From: Raillietiella orientalis
Taxonomy: Eukaryota
DNA length: 64,000 nt
Assembly (NCBI GenBank): GCA_036172245.1
Contig: JAYWIR010000004.1
Span: forward strand, 496,001-560,000
Direction: 5' to 3'
Position 1 is the first letter of the stretch, and every line of letters starts with the position of its first letter. This document shows positions 1 through 12,399 of the stretch, piece after piece. A model generated the notes under the pieces. It worked only from the letters and a program-made list of their open reading frames with translations, was not told the DNA's origin and made no database searches. Position numbers and translations under genes: made by a program.

Positions 1-3000
1 CTTCTGTCTGCTGGACAGACTCCCACCCAGAGGCTGATCCAGCTGGGAAGGGGGCGACAACGGGATCCAACCCTGCGAATGCTGACGTGGCTTCAGTTTC
101 TCCTCTCTTTTTTTTCGCCTTGAGCGACGTGAAGTCTCCGGTGCCAGTCCTCCCGCGCTGGCTGCCTGGTTCAGCACCCGCGCTCCGGGCAAAGGGAGAT
201 GCGGGGAGGCGGTTCTCTCCGTAAGCCGGTAGCACCTTCCGCCCTCTACGGAGGGTGGAGCGACCGCGGCGCGCCGCGAATTTCGGCGCGCCCTTCATCG
301 GAAGCCGCCGAAGAGCGGCGATGCCGCGTGGCCTCCCACCGCAAACGACGGTTCTCCGCGTTGCTCTAAGCGGGAGCGCTCCAGGGAGGAAGCGCCAGAG
401 GCGGGTTCCTCCGTAAAAGCGCCAAGGAGCTCCCCGCCAGCAGCAGCGCGACTCGTAAAGCGCGACCCCGCGGCCGAGGTCGCGTTGCAGCACGGAGGCA
501 GTGCCGCCGCCGGGCGTGCCGCTAGTGGTGGTGGCGGGAAAGAAATTCCTGCAGCGTCTTCCCCCCCCCGCCTCTACCCGAGAAGGGCAGAAACGAGGTG
601 GCTGTGCGCGGAATGCCCACCTGCGGATGGACCGGCGTCTGGGAGCCGCTCTCGCTCGGCCCCGCTGGGATGTTCCGCCTTCAGGGAGGAGGGTAAGGGA
701 GTCATCGCGAGCGCGCGTCGAGGTCGGTGGGGGGTCGATCCTGATTTCCGGTTTCCACTGGTCCACACAGGAAGGAGGAAGAGGATCCACCCGCTCCAGA
801 GCGGAGCAGCCGGCGTCTCCTTCCGCTCCACCCCCATTCTCTCTGCCCAGCGCGGGAGGGTCTGCGGACCTTTTCTCCCTCCCGCGAAGCGATCGAAGGG
901 ACCTTGTGGAAATGTAGGAATCAAGGAGAGAGGACGTCGCCGTTGCCCCCCCCCCCCCAACAAACCGAAAGCGCCGTGCGCCCGATGCGTGACTTAGCAC
1001 TTCCGGTTCGCTCCCTTCGGAAGCGCGCGAAGGGAGCGGGGATCCTCTCGGTTTGGGAGGGGATCGTTCCCGCGGGAAGTGGAGGTTGCGGGATGCGAGA
1101 AGAAGCGGCAAGGCCTTACTTGAGCGAATGGGGAATGAGGGGTGTGGCGGCTGTGCTCTTCCCCCGCCCGGTGGTTTGTCGCCGTAGTCTGTCGGAGGAG
1201 ATGGAGGCGAAGAGCGTCTGGACCGTCTGAGCGATGGAGGTCTCATCTCGCTGTTCGCGTGATGCGCGCCCGCGAGACGGCACGCGACGGACGCCGGGAA
1301 CGGCGAATGCACCCGCCTTGCACGCAGCTCAGCTGCGGGAAGCTCCTCCCGTCCGCCGGCTCTGCCAGCGAGGGTCGTGCGGGGAACAGGAGATCGTCGG
1401 CGGGCACGGGTGGGTTCGGCGCTGGCGCCGGGCCCTTCTCTCCCCTCCCTTTTCCTTCCCTTCCCTTCCTCGGTCCTCCCCTCCCGGAGACCTCGAGGAG
1501 CTGCAGCGCCGAAAGAGGAAGCGACCCGCCCCGTCCTCCGAACGGAGTGTGTGCGCGCGCGCGCGCCTTGGCTCGGGGTGCGGCAGAGGGGGGCGCAGGA
1601 GGAGAGTGCTCGTTGCCGAGGGAACCTCACGTGATCCTTCGCTTCGTCAGGGAGATGGCGACAGCTTCTGCAAGGCGAGTCTCTCTGCTGGGAGGGGAGG
1701 GAAGGTGTAGGTGGGTCGGAAGACCATGCGGTCGCCGCTTCCCAGCGGCTTCCGAGGGCGGAGGGCATAAGGGGAAGGGGGAAGGGGTAGCGCTACTTTC
1801 CCACCCCCTACCAGGGCGCGCGTGCGGGAGCCGAACGCGTGTCTCGGCGCGGGCTGGCGCCGGCGATCCCAACTCCGCTGCCACCCATGGAGAAAGAAAC
1901 AAAGAAAGAAAAAAAAAAAAACAAGGGGAAGAGCAAGAAAACAAACACACAAAAACGAAAACGAAACTGAGGTGGCGGCACTATTCGGAGAATCTCTGCT
2001 GCCATTTCGTCTCCTCTCCTGCTGGACCGGCTCCGCAACTGCATCCAAGATGCGTGTGATCGATCATTGGTCCCGGCGAATTATTGATCAGATGTCTAGC
2101 ATCGATGAACTCTTGAACATACCCGCCTCCGTTTCCTGTTCTTCGCTGAGAGACGCTGGCCGTATTCTTAGCATGCCAGCTCCACGTGAGGCTGATTAGA
2201 GATTGAGGATGACACGGGGAGGAGCAAAAAAAAAAAAAAAAGAAAGTCACAGCTCGTCTTTCATGGTATCCGTGTGTGTTGGGTGTTTATTTGGTGTCGC
2301 TTCTGTCGTCCTCATCCTCCTCCTTCCAACGATCTTTCTGGTTCCGGTGTGGTCGGCGTCGACGGCTTCACGCAGCAGCGGAAATGGAAATCTCCGTGGA
2401 GACCTCAAAAGGGAAAGCCGCGGATCCGCTGCGACCCCGCTCCCAGGAGACACGAGCCGTCCCGAAGGAACTCTCCGACTTCCCGGCCTTCCTCGGGAAG
2501 GGAGGGGAGGGAGTGCGTCCGTTCTTTCCCTTGACCTCGCAACAATAGGGTCGTTCCCCCCTCGGCGCCACTCTTCCGCCTGCCAACCCGCCGGACGCGG
2601 TGTCTCGGCGGGCACAGGGCTGTCTCACGGCGTCCACGCTCCGGCAGCGGGAAGGGCGCGTGGACTCCCGCCGAAAAAAGGGAGTGAGGTGAACCGACCG
2701 ACGACCGCTCCCCTCGCGTCTGCTGCGCTTCCCGCGAAAACCGCTCGGCACTTCCTGGCCCCGTAAAACAGGCTTGCCACTGGCCGTTTTTCGTGCCGGA
2801 CGGCGCTGAACAACGCGGCGTGGCAGCGCGCGAATGCACGCTAGGTAAGAGTTCTCTTGGCAACGTTCGTGGGGGTGGGCGAGCAATCAAGAAAGAGTAG
2901 GAGCTGCAGGGATCCTCAACGCAAGGAGTTGCGATACAGAGTTTCCACGGCCAGGCGGAGATGCTTGAGTGTGGGGGGGGGGGGGGTGACGTGCAGCGGG

Positions 3001-3228
3001 TTCCCCATCCTCGTAGTCAGCGCGGTTCACCTAAAATCGGAGTCACGCGGCGGAGTGACACCAAGCGTGCACTTCACGCAGGCGAACCCTCAACTACCGT
3101 TGCTCCGTGTCTCCACGTTTCTCTTTTTGGTTTCGCTGACTCCCGTTGCCCAAAGGGTGGGAAGTTAACCTAAGCACCCGCCATGCGAACCAATCCGGAC
3201 CGTTGCGCACGCCTGAAGGGATGCTCGC

Positions 3229-3263
3229 CGCGTACGTGTGCGCGCGCGCGCGCGTGCGTGCAC
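3229..3263. repeat. Alternating purine-pyrimidine (CG/TG) tract
   Basis: 35 nt of CGCGTACGTGTG(CG)7TGCGTGCAC; a similar 20-nt tract lies at 1547-1566. Confidence 0.8.
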
Positions 3264-5399
3264 CCACCCGCGCATCCCGGTCTGTCCCTCCGTGAGCGCA
3301 GCTGCGCACTCTTACCTTTCAAAGCGGAACCGCAAACAACGCGTGTCCTCACGTCCTACCTCGCGCGCGCGCCTTCGCTTCGGACCAGGGAGATCGACCT
3401 TCCCGAAAAGGATCGATCGCACCAGTCGGACGCTGGTTTCCGGGCAACGCGAAATTGAAAAATTATGGCAAATTAGATCGGGATGGGTGCAGCGAAGGTG
3501 AAGTGCGAACCCGCGGCATGCTCGCCAAGGGTGTGTGTGGACGCCGCTCCGCCGCCTGGAATTTGCACATGGAATGGAATCTCCCGAGTTTGCCTTTCGG
3601 AGCTTCCGTGGTGCTCCCGAAGAAGGATCGGGCGGATGACTCGGAATTTATGGCTCCGCGCAGACGAGGATTTTTCGATTCCGCTTTTATGTGTCGGGGG
3701 CGAAGCGCGGACCCGCGCGCACTTGCGGAAATTACGGTCCGCATACGAAACGAGCCGGGGTTTCCCCGGTCCTATTAGCAGGCACCGCGCCTCGGGATCA
3801 GGGAGCGCGGTCCTGGATCAGGAGAGACACCACCCTCTCTGGATCTTGCACGGGTCTCTTCTTCCGCGGGAAGTACCGAGGGGAACTGCAGCCGCGGTGC
3901 GGCAGCAGCAGCAGCAGCAGCCAAGGGTGCGGATCACGGTGACAGTCTCCTCAGGGGTTTCCCAAAACGGGTTGGCGGCAGGCAGAGCGTTTCCATGACC
4001 AGCGTAACGAGTGCCCCCCCCCCCTCCCTTCGCTTTGCACGCAAGGACGATAACCAGCACGAGAGCGATCAGCTGACAGCTCGCTCGCTCGGGCTGACGC
4101 AAGCATCCAGTTCGGTCTCGGCGTCCTACCGTCTGGTGTACTTCAATGCGAGCGGAGAGGCAGGCCTACACGCATGCCGCGTGAAGCGGAGACGGAAGAT
4201 TTTCTTCTAGAATTCGGAAGCAACGGATCGACTCAGGCAAGTGGCACGAGCTCTCTCCTCCCTCTCCTGCCTTTCTGAGTTTGGGGGGGAGGGGGGTAAT
4301 GCGAGGAGACGGGTGGTGGCGGATGACTCCTGTGGATGGGCGCTGGCCTCCGGATGGTAGGCGTGCAGACGATGTTCCTCCTTCCGACAGTCCGCCGCCG
4401 CTTGCGGACCGGCCTCGGCTGGACGCTCCGCCGAGGCGGGAACAGTGGTGCTCATCCTCTTCCCCCCCCCTCACCCCCCCCCAACCCCCGCCACCCTTCC
4501 CTTTCATCCTTTCGGAGACGTCGGTGGGCTATTTCTTGAGAACCAGCAATCTGTCGCTCACGGCGGAAGGTGGCAACGGTGACGGGCGGGAATCTCCCCT
4601 CTCCTCTTTCTTGCCTTCGATGGCTGCCCTCCTCCGCCACCACCGCCGGTTGCGTGCGAAGATACCCTTGCGGAGGGAGGGACGAACGCAGCCTCCCGAG
4701 GAAAACAAAGTCGTTAATGCCTCGCGCGTACTCGGGGGAGAAGAGGTGCCAGTCAGATCGTCCGGGCGAGAAGAGACTGCGAGAAGGGAGGGCGCGCTCG
4801 GGAGGCAGAGGTGCATATGCCGCGGGTTGCCGCAGCAACCTCCACGCGGAGCAGGAGGAGGACCAAGGTTCAGAGAGGCGGCGGGAGAGAAGGAGGGAAG
4901 CGTGCGGGACCGTGCTGCTGCCCCGCAGCACTCCCCTCTCCTCCTCCTCTTCTGTGAGCACCCGCTGGACAAGCGCGGTGCACTTGTCGGAATGCCACGG
5001 CTTGGGCCTTCCTCTCCCGCGTCTGCTCCGGAATGGCAGTCTTCGAAGGCGTCCTCGTCCAAGGTGGACGAACCAAGGGAAAAGGTTCGCCTGACGGGAG
5101 AGACGGTGCGTCCTGGTCGCAAGAAGGCGGCCGTACGCACGCTGCTTGGAGCGGCGACCGTGAAAGACGCTTTGGGGACGAACCGCCTTCGTTGCCAGGG
5201 TATCCTCAGGGTGGATCCAACATTGGTTTCTTTCCTCCTCATCCGACCCGGGGGAGTCTCTGCATCCGTAACTTCTTATCTGCGCATCTTGGTCGAATTT
5301 GCAGCGAGTTGAGAGCGAAGAGCAACAAGGGCTCTGCCTTTAGGAGTTTCCCCGGTCCTTCCTCGAGGAACCGATAGCACACGGCTCTTGTTCCTGCGT

Positions 5400-7100
5400 T
5401 CTCCTTCGGCAAGTGTCGCAAGGGTATCACGTGCACCGCACACTGCGCCCGGTGCTTGAAAGGCTTCTGACGAGCAGGGTGCTTCGGGCAAAGGCAAGAC
5501 GAAGGAGGCACCGGAAGATGTGGAGCGCAGCCCTTGTACAAGAACGGGAAACCTCGACCGAGAATTCGGTCATGCCGACCGGTCCGTGAGGCTGCAGTTC
5601 TGGACCAGATGGGCAGAGTGTAAGGAGAAGTCGACGACGAAAGCGCTCCGTGGGTCCGCCGGCTCCAGAGAACTGCGAGGACCTTCTCGCAGGGAAGTCC
5701 ATCGAGATGTTTTGGTGGGGACGAGAAAAAAAATTCGTCTAGAGTCCTTCGTCGTCGGTCTTCGGATACCCATTCGGACAAGAAGACTCTTCTGCTCTTC
5801 TGCTTTTACCGAGTCGCACGCTGCACGGGTCGGCACTTGTGAACTCGAGGTCATGTGTTCCTGAAAGAACTGCAAGAGTCCCTTTCGGGAAGAGAGGAGG
5901 CAGTGGGCAATTCAGGGACGGAACTGTATGAAAGTGGCGCTGGCTCGGGCAGGTTGGCGCGGCGTGCCGCCGCGGGCAAGAAACCGTTTCGCTCGCCCGG
6001 CAAAGACCTCATTTTTGCGAAGATGCCTCAGGATTTTGTCAACGCCCGTCGTTGCAGCTAAGACGACAGGCCAGCCTGATTTTGTGGAACCTGGATGACC
6101 GCCTACGGTTCCTTTACGAGTCGTTGAAGAGAGGGCATCCCGAGCATCTCAAGGATGCCAGTCGGCAGCAACAGATCGGTCTGACGATTCCTCAGTGCAT
6201 CAGCTTTAACCGAGATGGTGCGAGCCGGGACGGCGTGCTATGCAGCAGCCGACTTCGCCACCCCAGCTGCTCCAGTGGTGACGACGTGCGTTCCATGGGA
6301 CAGCCCCATGCAACAGTCACAAGCGCGGTCTTGCCACTTCAAGGAAATGCCACGGATGCCTCCTTTCCTCCTCCCCCTACCCTAACGTCTTCAAGACGCG
6401 CGTTCCCTCTGGTCATTTTCGCGCTTCCTTCGCAGCAGCTTCGGCCGTAGCCGCTTCTGTTTGGCACGTTCCGGCTCCCGGAGTTCCCTAGACTCATCGA
6501 AACAAAGTCGCTGCTGACACCTTTCGCAGAGTCGCTATGGGAACCGTCGCTGGGCTCCCCGGAGGCGGGTTCGGAGAGTGACGAAGGTGCTCATCTGCCC
6601 GCATCAGCTCTTGATCGGGCCACGAGCGCATAGGGACTCCCTCCTCCCGTAGTGGGCATGTGAGGGAGCGAAGGCGGAACAGTGCGCGATGCAGCAGCCG
6701 ACTTCGCCACCCCAGCGGCATGCCCATTCCTTTCCTCGCCACCGAGTCGCTTCTCCGTGGTCCGAAAGTCGAAAACTTTCTCCGGTTGCTCCTCTTCCTG
6801 TCGAGGGCGTTCCGCCTTTTTGTCGCTTTGCTCCAGGTTTTCCCTGCTTCCTGGCTGTCAAAGAAAGCATGCTGAGGTTCACTTCCGTGTTCTCAGCCCT
6901 TCTTCAACCTCTCCTGTACCTGTTTTCCCGCTCTTGCGGGATGTCCCTCAACCCGGAGGGAACGCGCGTGCCTCACCTTGTTTACTCTTCCTCCGGGCTC
7001 TTCGGGCATCTCACTGGGATACGTGCCCTGACAGGAAACATTCGTGGAGCTCGCAGGAAGCTCTCCTCCTTTCACATAATGTGGTTTCGCATCTACTGCA
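5400..7100 (+). pseudogene. Decayed IR-like sequence, possibly with internal duplication
   Basis: SGRLARRAAAGKKPF (~5950), ILWNLDDRLRFLYE (~6080), AADFATP (6240 and 6690) and SLLTPFAESLW (~6510). Boundaries approximate. Confidence 0.5.
6240..6716 (+). repeat. 28-bp direct repeat (6240-6267, 6689-6716)
   Basis: ATGCAGCAGCCGACTTCGCCACCCCAGC occurs twice, 449 bp apart. Confidence 0.9.
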
Positions 7101-7799
7101 TCCCTGGGGAAGTCTAGAAAAGTGTGTTTTTTTTTTTCTTTTCTTTTTCCCTTCGGATTGCTGACAAATTCGAACCGACCAATTGCATTCAAACGCGGCT
7201 GGACCAATCATAAAGCTTATTCGTACGCGGAGGGTCGCTCCGTGCAGTCGAGTCATGTGGACAACAATGAGACACGTGGGAAGTGACGCACCGACTCATG
7301 AAAAATCCGTTGAAGGAAGTCGCCATCCTCTCAACCGAAGCTATCGTTCCAGGAAAGGGAGGAAGAAGGTGGGGAGAGAGGGGGTACACGTGTGAGCGAA
7401 CAAACCTCCTCACACCACCGCTGCGAAGACCGACAGGTAGGGCCGCAAACCAAAGTGGAGCAATGGGGTTCCCCTGCGGCAAACCCTTAACTCAGACGCC
7501 CAAGGGTGGATCCTGGCCTTCGGGACAATCTCCGTGAAGGGTCGGAGCTCAGCCCGGCCGACCGGCAGTGGTGGCCTCTCTCCATGGGACCCGTACGTGC
7601 CTGTACTTTCTCGCATGCATCTGCCATCTCTCTCTGTCTCTCTCTTTCGCCGCCGTCGCAGCCTAGTCCGAGCGCGTGCCTTCCGTCTTCTCCTCCCCTC
7701 TCCCAGCTTCCTCTCTCGGATCCTCTCCACGAGCCGCGTCTCCCCACATGACAATCTCCGGTCGGGTTTACCACTTCCGTGGCGCCTCCTCCCTGTGGA

Positions 7800-9850
7800 C
7801 GTCGAATTTCCCGACCTTGGAGCTCGGGATCGATGAGACACCGGGAAGCGGGACTCTGGCCACCTTCGCGTCTCCTCACATGTCCTGCCCCCGAATCCTT
7901 CGGCATGACTGGGAGGCGTGCTGCCACCGCCGCTGCACCGAGAAATTATCCAGGACGCGATCAGGATGGTTGGCGGCCACCGCGCAGCGCTTCATCTTGC
8001 TCCCAGCATTCTTGCAGCGGAGCCGTGCCGTTGAGGTCTGGTCCTACGGGACCAGTCCTACGGTCTTTGCACTCACGAAGGTCCGCGAACGTTGCACAAG
8101 ATGGTGGGTGGTCGATCAGATGGACGTTGCCAGGACCATCCGAGACTGAGGTCAGCTGCCCAAATCCCCTGCAGTTTCCCCTGATAGCCGGTCATCGAGA
8201 GGCGGAATTTTCGGGAAGGCTGAAAAGGGCGCAAGAAGCTTCGGGGAATCACGAAAGCTTCATTTGGCGACCGGACTGTGCAAGGACGCCGTCCGGAAAG
8301 AAGCAGAGCAGGGATCACCAGCATGGGCTTGAACACCTCTCGAGGGAAGAGAGATGAGGGATGGAGAGCAGACGTTCGGATGAGCCCGGCGTCGCCGAAC
8401 CAGAGTACCTTAGAGAATGGTCAGGGATCAGGAACGCTCCCTTCGAACCGTCACATGGAGCGGGACAGGAGGCGAGCCACAAATCTCCAGCAGAACGACG
8501 AATCGGAGCGTGCTTCGGGAAACAGCCATCGTCAACCAATCAGAACTCTGGCACGTGCTTCCCCCCCCTTTCCCCCCTTATCTCCAAGCTCTCCTTCTCC
8601 TGGATCACGTCCGGACGGTTGAGAAAACCTCTCGCCATGGGGTGATGGGTGCGGAATCGCACAGGCACGCGCTGCCTGGACCGCTCGTCCGGGATGGCGC
8701 GCCCAGCCTGCTTCCGCCGCCGGAACCGCCGCGACAATGGCAGGGATACCAGGTCCATTCGTCTCTGTCCGGCAGTCGCTTCGCCGGCGGAGGGAAGACG
8801 CGCGCACAGGCGACTGGATCGCGGAGCTCAAAGGGGGTTTCTCGCGACGTGCTCTCCGAGACCGGCTGAGATGCTCTAAAGGAGAGTGCGTGAGCATGTG
8901 TGTGGAAGGGGGGAGGAGGTCTCCTCCCTCCCCTTTTCCTCGTTTCGCCGATCGCACTTTCGCGGTCCGACCTCGCCGCCGCCTCATCGATCGCGTCTCC
9001 GCTGCCGCCGCCGGGACGCTGCGACAGACCTTTCTTCCGTCTCCCCCTTTTCTGGACACGACGGCGACGGGGCGCTCGCCGCTCATATGTCTCCTCCCCC
9101 TCTTCCCCTCTTTTTCTCCGACTGCTGGTACCGGTGAAGCTGCTGGTCGCGGTCGCGCCAGCTGGGCTACACACAAGCTGCGGAATAGAGGTGCGTTCTG
9201 TTTCATCCCCGAGAACCTTGTACACGTGCGACTCCCATGTCGCCTGTACGAATTTTATACAGAGATGCAAGGGGCTGTCACAGCAACCGGAAACGAAAGG
9301 GGAAAGAATCCGACCTCTGGGAGATCCCGTGGGTCCTAGCAGGACGTCGCACGGACCAAAGAAGGGCCCCGAGAGCGATCGGCCGTGGTCTCCGAGTTTC
9401 CAAGCAGCCTGGAAGCACCGAGAGCTCGGTCCTCGGTGAAGGCCTGCTGCATTGTCTGAAGTGCCTGCGCGGGAAGTAGACGGATCCCAGGCCTTGAGCT
9501 TTCCCGGTGAAGTGATACCGCACTGCCGTGGACCACCGCGAGTTCTCAAGGGAAGAGGAGAAAGACGAGGGTTCGCCTCCCAAGAAGCTTGAAGACAATG
9601 GTGGCTTCCCATCCAGCGCAGACAGGGGCGGCAGGGAATCATCTGCTCTGGTCCTCCTCGGATCGGAGGCGCTCCCTGGGGTGATGTGTGCCCCCGTTGC
9701 TCCCGGAAATCGGAAGACTGAGGGGGCAGATAGGGTCCTGCAGCAACGTCGGCAGGGAGCGCCCTGCTTGCTCCTCGCGTTCGCGTTGCTGCGGCATCGA
9801 AGTAGAGAGGTCTTCTGCCGATCTGCTCCATCAGCCCTGTAGGGCAGGTC
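7800..9850 (+). pseudogene. Decayed IR-like gene
   Basis: PGPFV (~8750), RSDLAAA (~8965), and PSSPLFLRLLVPVKLLVAVAPAGLHT...PR....DS (M3 spacing, ~9100-9235). Confidence 0.45.
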
Positions 9851-10299
9851 GCAGGGTTCCGCAGAGATAGGGGAGTACGTGAGCTGCATCGGGGCTTCGT
9901 CCGCAGGAGAGCAGCGGCGCGGAGTGTCTCGGCGAAAGACTCTGCCCCGAGGCATTGCTTGGGGAAGGCGCCCTTTCTCTGCCCCACTTCCTGTCTCCGC
10001 TGCCTCAAAAAACCCTTCTAGAAGTAATTCCCAGGAATGAACACCTTGCTGGAGTTGCAAGGGTGACGGCAGCCGGAAGACGAAGGGCTCGGGGCAGCGT
10101 TCCCGCGGACGCGCCTCCCCCGCTCAAGAGGCGGTTCGTCTTGGAACCGCGAAGGTGAGGCGGGAAGCCGCTGTTCTTCGAGGGCGTTTTGCATTTGTCC
10201 TTCCGCCCGGCGTCCCTCTGCGCCCGGCGCCAAGAGGACGCCCAGAGCGGAAGGACAGACACGCCGGTGTCTGCTGCACTACATCCAAGGGACGGCGCG

Positions 10300-12350
10300 C
10301 TTCCGAGGCCAGCGAAAGGAGCATCATGGAAGGAGCGGCGACCCTTCGCTGGAATTGCGAAGCAATGGGGACTCGGTTGCCTCGGCCGTCCCGCGCGACG
10401 AACGAACGCGCGTGTGCGCCCTCGTTGCAAATGGCGGAAATGACGTGCTCCTGGCAAGGCGACGGCACGTGGCCTCCGCGGCCGGGGGAGGGGCAGTGTC
10501 TCCCCAAGACATCGAGAAAGGGGAGGCCTCGAGTGCCAGGCGTTTCGAGAAATTTCGGGACGAAAAGATTTCCCTTCCTCTTTCTCTTCTTCCGGGTTTC
10601 AGTGGCGGGCCATCGCAAAGGGCGCTGACTTGAACGTCCCGCCGACCCCGACCTACCTTTCCAAATACTCGACGGAGAGCTGACGGATGCAAAGACGCTC
10701 CTGCTGGTTCCGATCGTTCGAAAGCAGCGGGGCGACCGGCAGTTCCCACGTGCGTCATTCCGTGACGTCTCTTCTTTCCGCCTGACGGAGTCACGCTCCT
10801 CCAAGCGGGGACGTCGGTGGCGCCCGGAGCAGCGCACACATGGCGGCTCCCGTTTTTCGCCTGCCTGGAGCCGAACCCGCAATCGGCTCTCATCGACTGG
10901 CCGGCCGGCCGGCCGTCGCCGTCGACGCGGGAGTGCGCACTCAGAGTCTCAGGCAGCAGCGGTTTGAGGGGAGAGCCTGCCTCCTTTTCGACGGTGCGGT
11001 GACGCCCACGCGTCCCCTTCGTTGCGGCAGTCTCTCCACCTGGAAACGTGTGCGCTTTTGGAAAGGTTACCAAAGAGGTGTACGCTGTCCTTCCCGCGCG
11101 AGGTCATCATTGCGACTCTGCATACATTCACCTCCCCGAGGATTTATTGCCGCTTACTCGGGGCGCCCATTAATCACGTGGTCAATGCAGGGAGAGAATC
11201 CCACCTTTCCCCTGCCGTCGACGCTTCTTAATTTACGGTTCGTCCGGCTGCAGCGCGCCATGAGGAAACCACCGGACGATGGCCACGGCTGGGAGTTCTT
11301 CGCCGCTCGACTTCCAGTGGGCTGCTTCTTCAAACCCGCTCACGGCATTTCCCGGTCTCCTGCTCCGCGTTTCCGATTTTCCTCCAAAATCGGGACCGAG
11401 GTCTTCTCGCGGTCTTCAGACTCTCGCGCCAGTGCGTCCGAACCGCGGGCGCAGCTCTCCAGCATCGCCAGGATCCCTAAAGAGCTCGTGGCCGCTTCGT
11501 GCCTCGCTCTTTTGCAGAGGCCACGGAACTCTCGTTCTTTTTGTTTTTTTTTCCTTTTCCTTTTCAGCATATTGGTGACTCTTTGGAGGATGCTTCCGAG
11601 GTAGTCTCTGCGTCATACTCCCAAAGTCCATTGCTTCAGCTGCGAAGGGGCGCTTGGTGCGAGCTTCCATTCGGTATCCGAAGTGTTGTCGAGGGAGCGC
11701 CGCCGGTTTCCCCCGCGCGTCATCGTCTGCTCGTGATCCTTCCCAGATCCATCCTGGTGGCTCCATCCCCAAGAGCGCTCCACTCAGCTGTGCTACTGCT
11801 TCTCCGTCTTGCCGCCAAACTTCTTCGGTGTCCACTTCGCTTCGTCGCTTGCGTTAAGGTCAAGTTGGCAGCATAGCGGCATCTTGGCTGCTTGATCTTG
11901 CGGTCCCCTGCGGAGACATCTGCAGTCTGTACCAGGATCAGGCCGGTCTCTGTCCCCTCGAAATGGAGATGGGCCCTGTGTTCGCATATTTGGTTGCTGG
12001 GTGCTCTCAGTGTTGCAGTTGGACATTAGAGCTCTCAGTCAGTCTCTCCCTTTGGGTGGCAGCCACTCCTCCAGAAAGACTCAGGATGGCAAGCAGGGAG
12101 AATGGAGATCGCGGATCGTTTGTAGGGTGTTTCCCCCTACGTTCTCTTCGTCCGGCGTTCTTTCTTGCCAGCGCACGGTTCAGTTCCTCTTTGGGCGCGC
12201 GCACCTCAGGAGCGCATCTTGGTGTCTTCGTGGCCTCCGGTCGACTGGCTGCTAGGGAACCGCTCCTTGGGCATTTCTGATTTCCTCTCGGAAGTCCATT
12301 GCTTCCTCTTGGGAGGACGCGAAGGTCTGATGCACGGTCAAGCGACCCTT
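10300..12350 (+). pseudogene. Decayed IR-like gene
   Basis: LLERLPKRCTLSF (~11055), AWCELPFG...EGAP..P...RLLVIL...HSAVL (M2-M3, ~11650-11800), CFPLRS (~12128) and SLGISDFL..VHCFLLGG (M4, ~12265-12315). Confidence 0.55.
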
Positions 12351-12399
12351 GCTTCTCCTACTGATCGTCTGCATCTGCCGCGATCTGGCTGGTCACTGC

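Noticed and set aside
1909..2241. Poly(A) runs (also ~31324, ~35879, ~57671) as retrocopy tails
   Set aside because: They do not consistently sit at relic 3' ends, no TSDs were seen, and poly(C)/poly(G) runs are equally common.
485..10882. Many long ORFs in the GC-rich first 11 kb (e.g. 1142-2059, 4281-5312, 8605-10008)
   Set aside because: They are R/G/P/S-rich, overlap in several frames and contain no continuous domain, as expected by chance at high GC.
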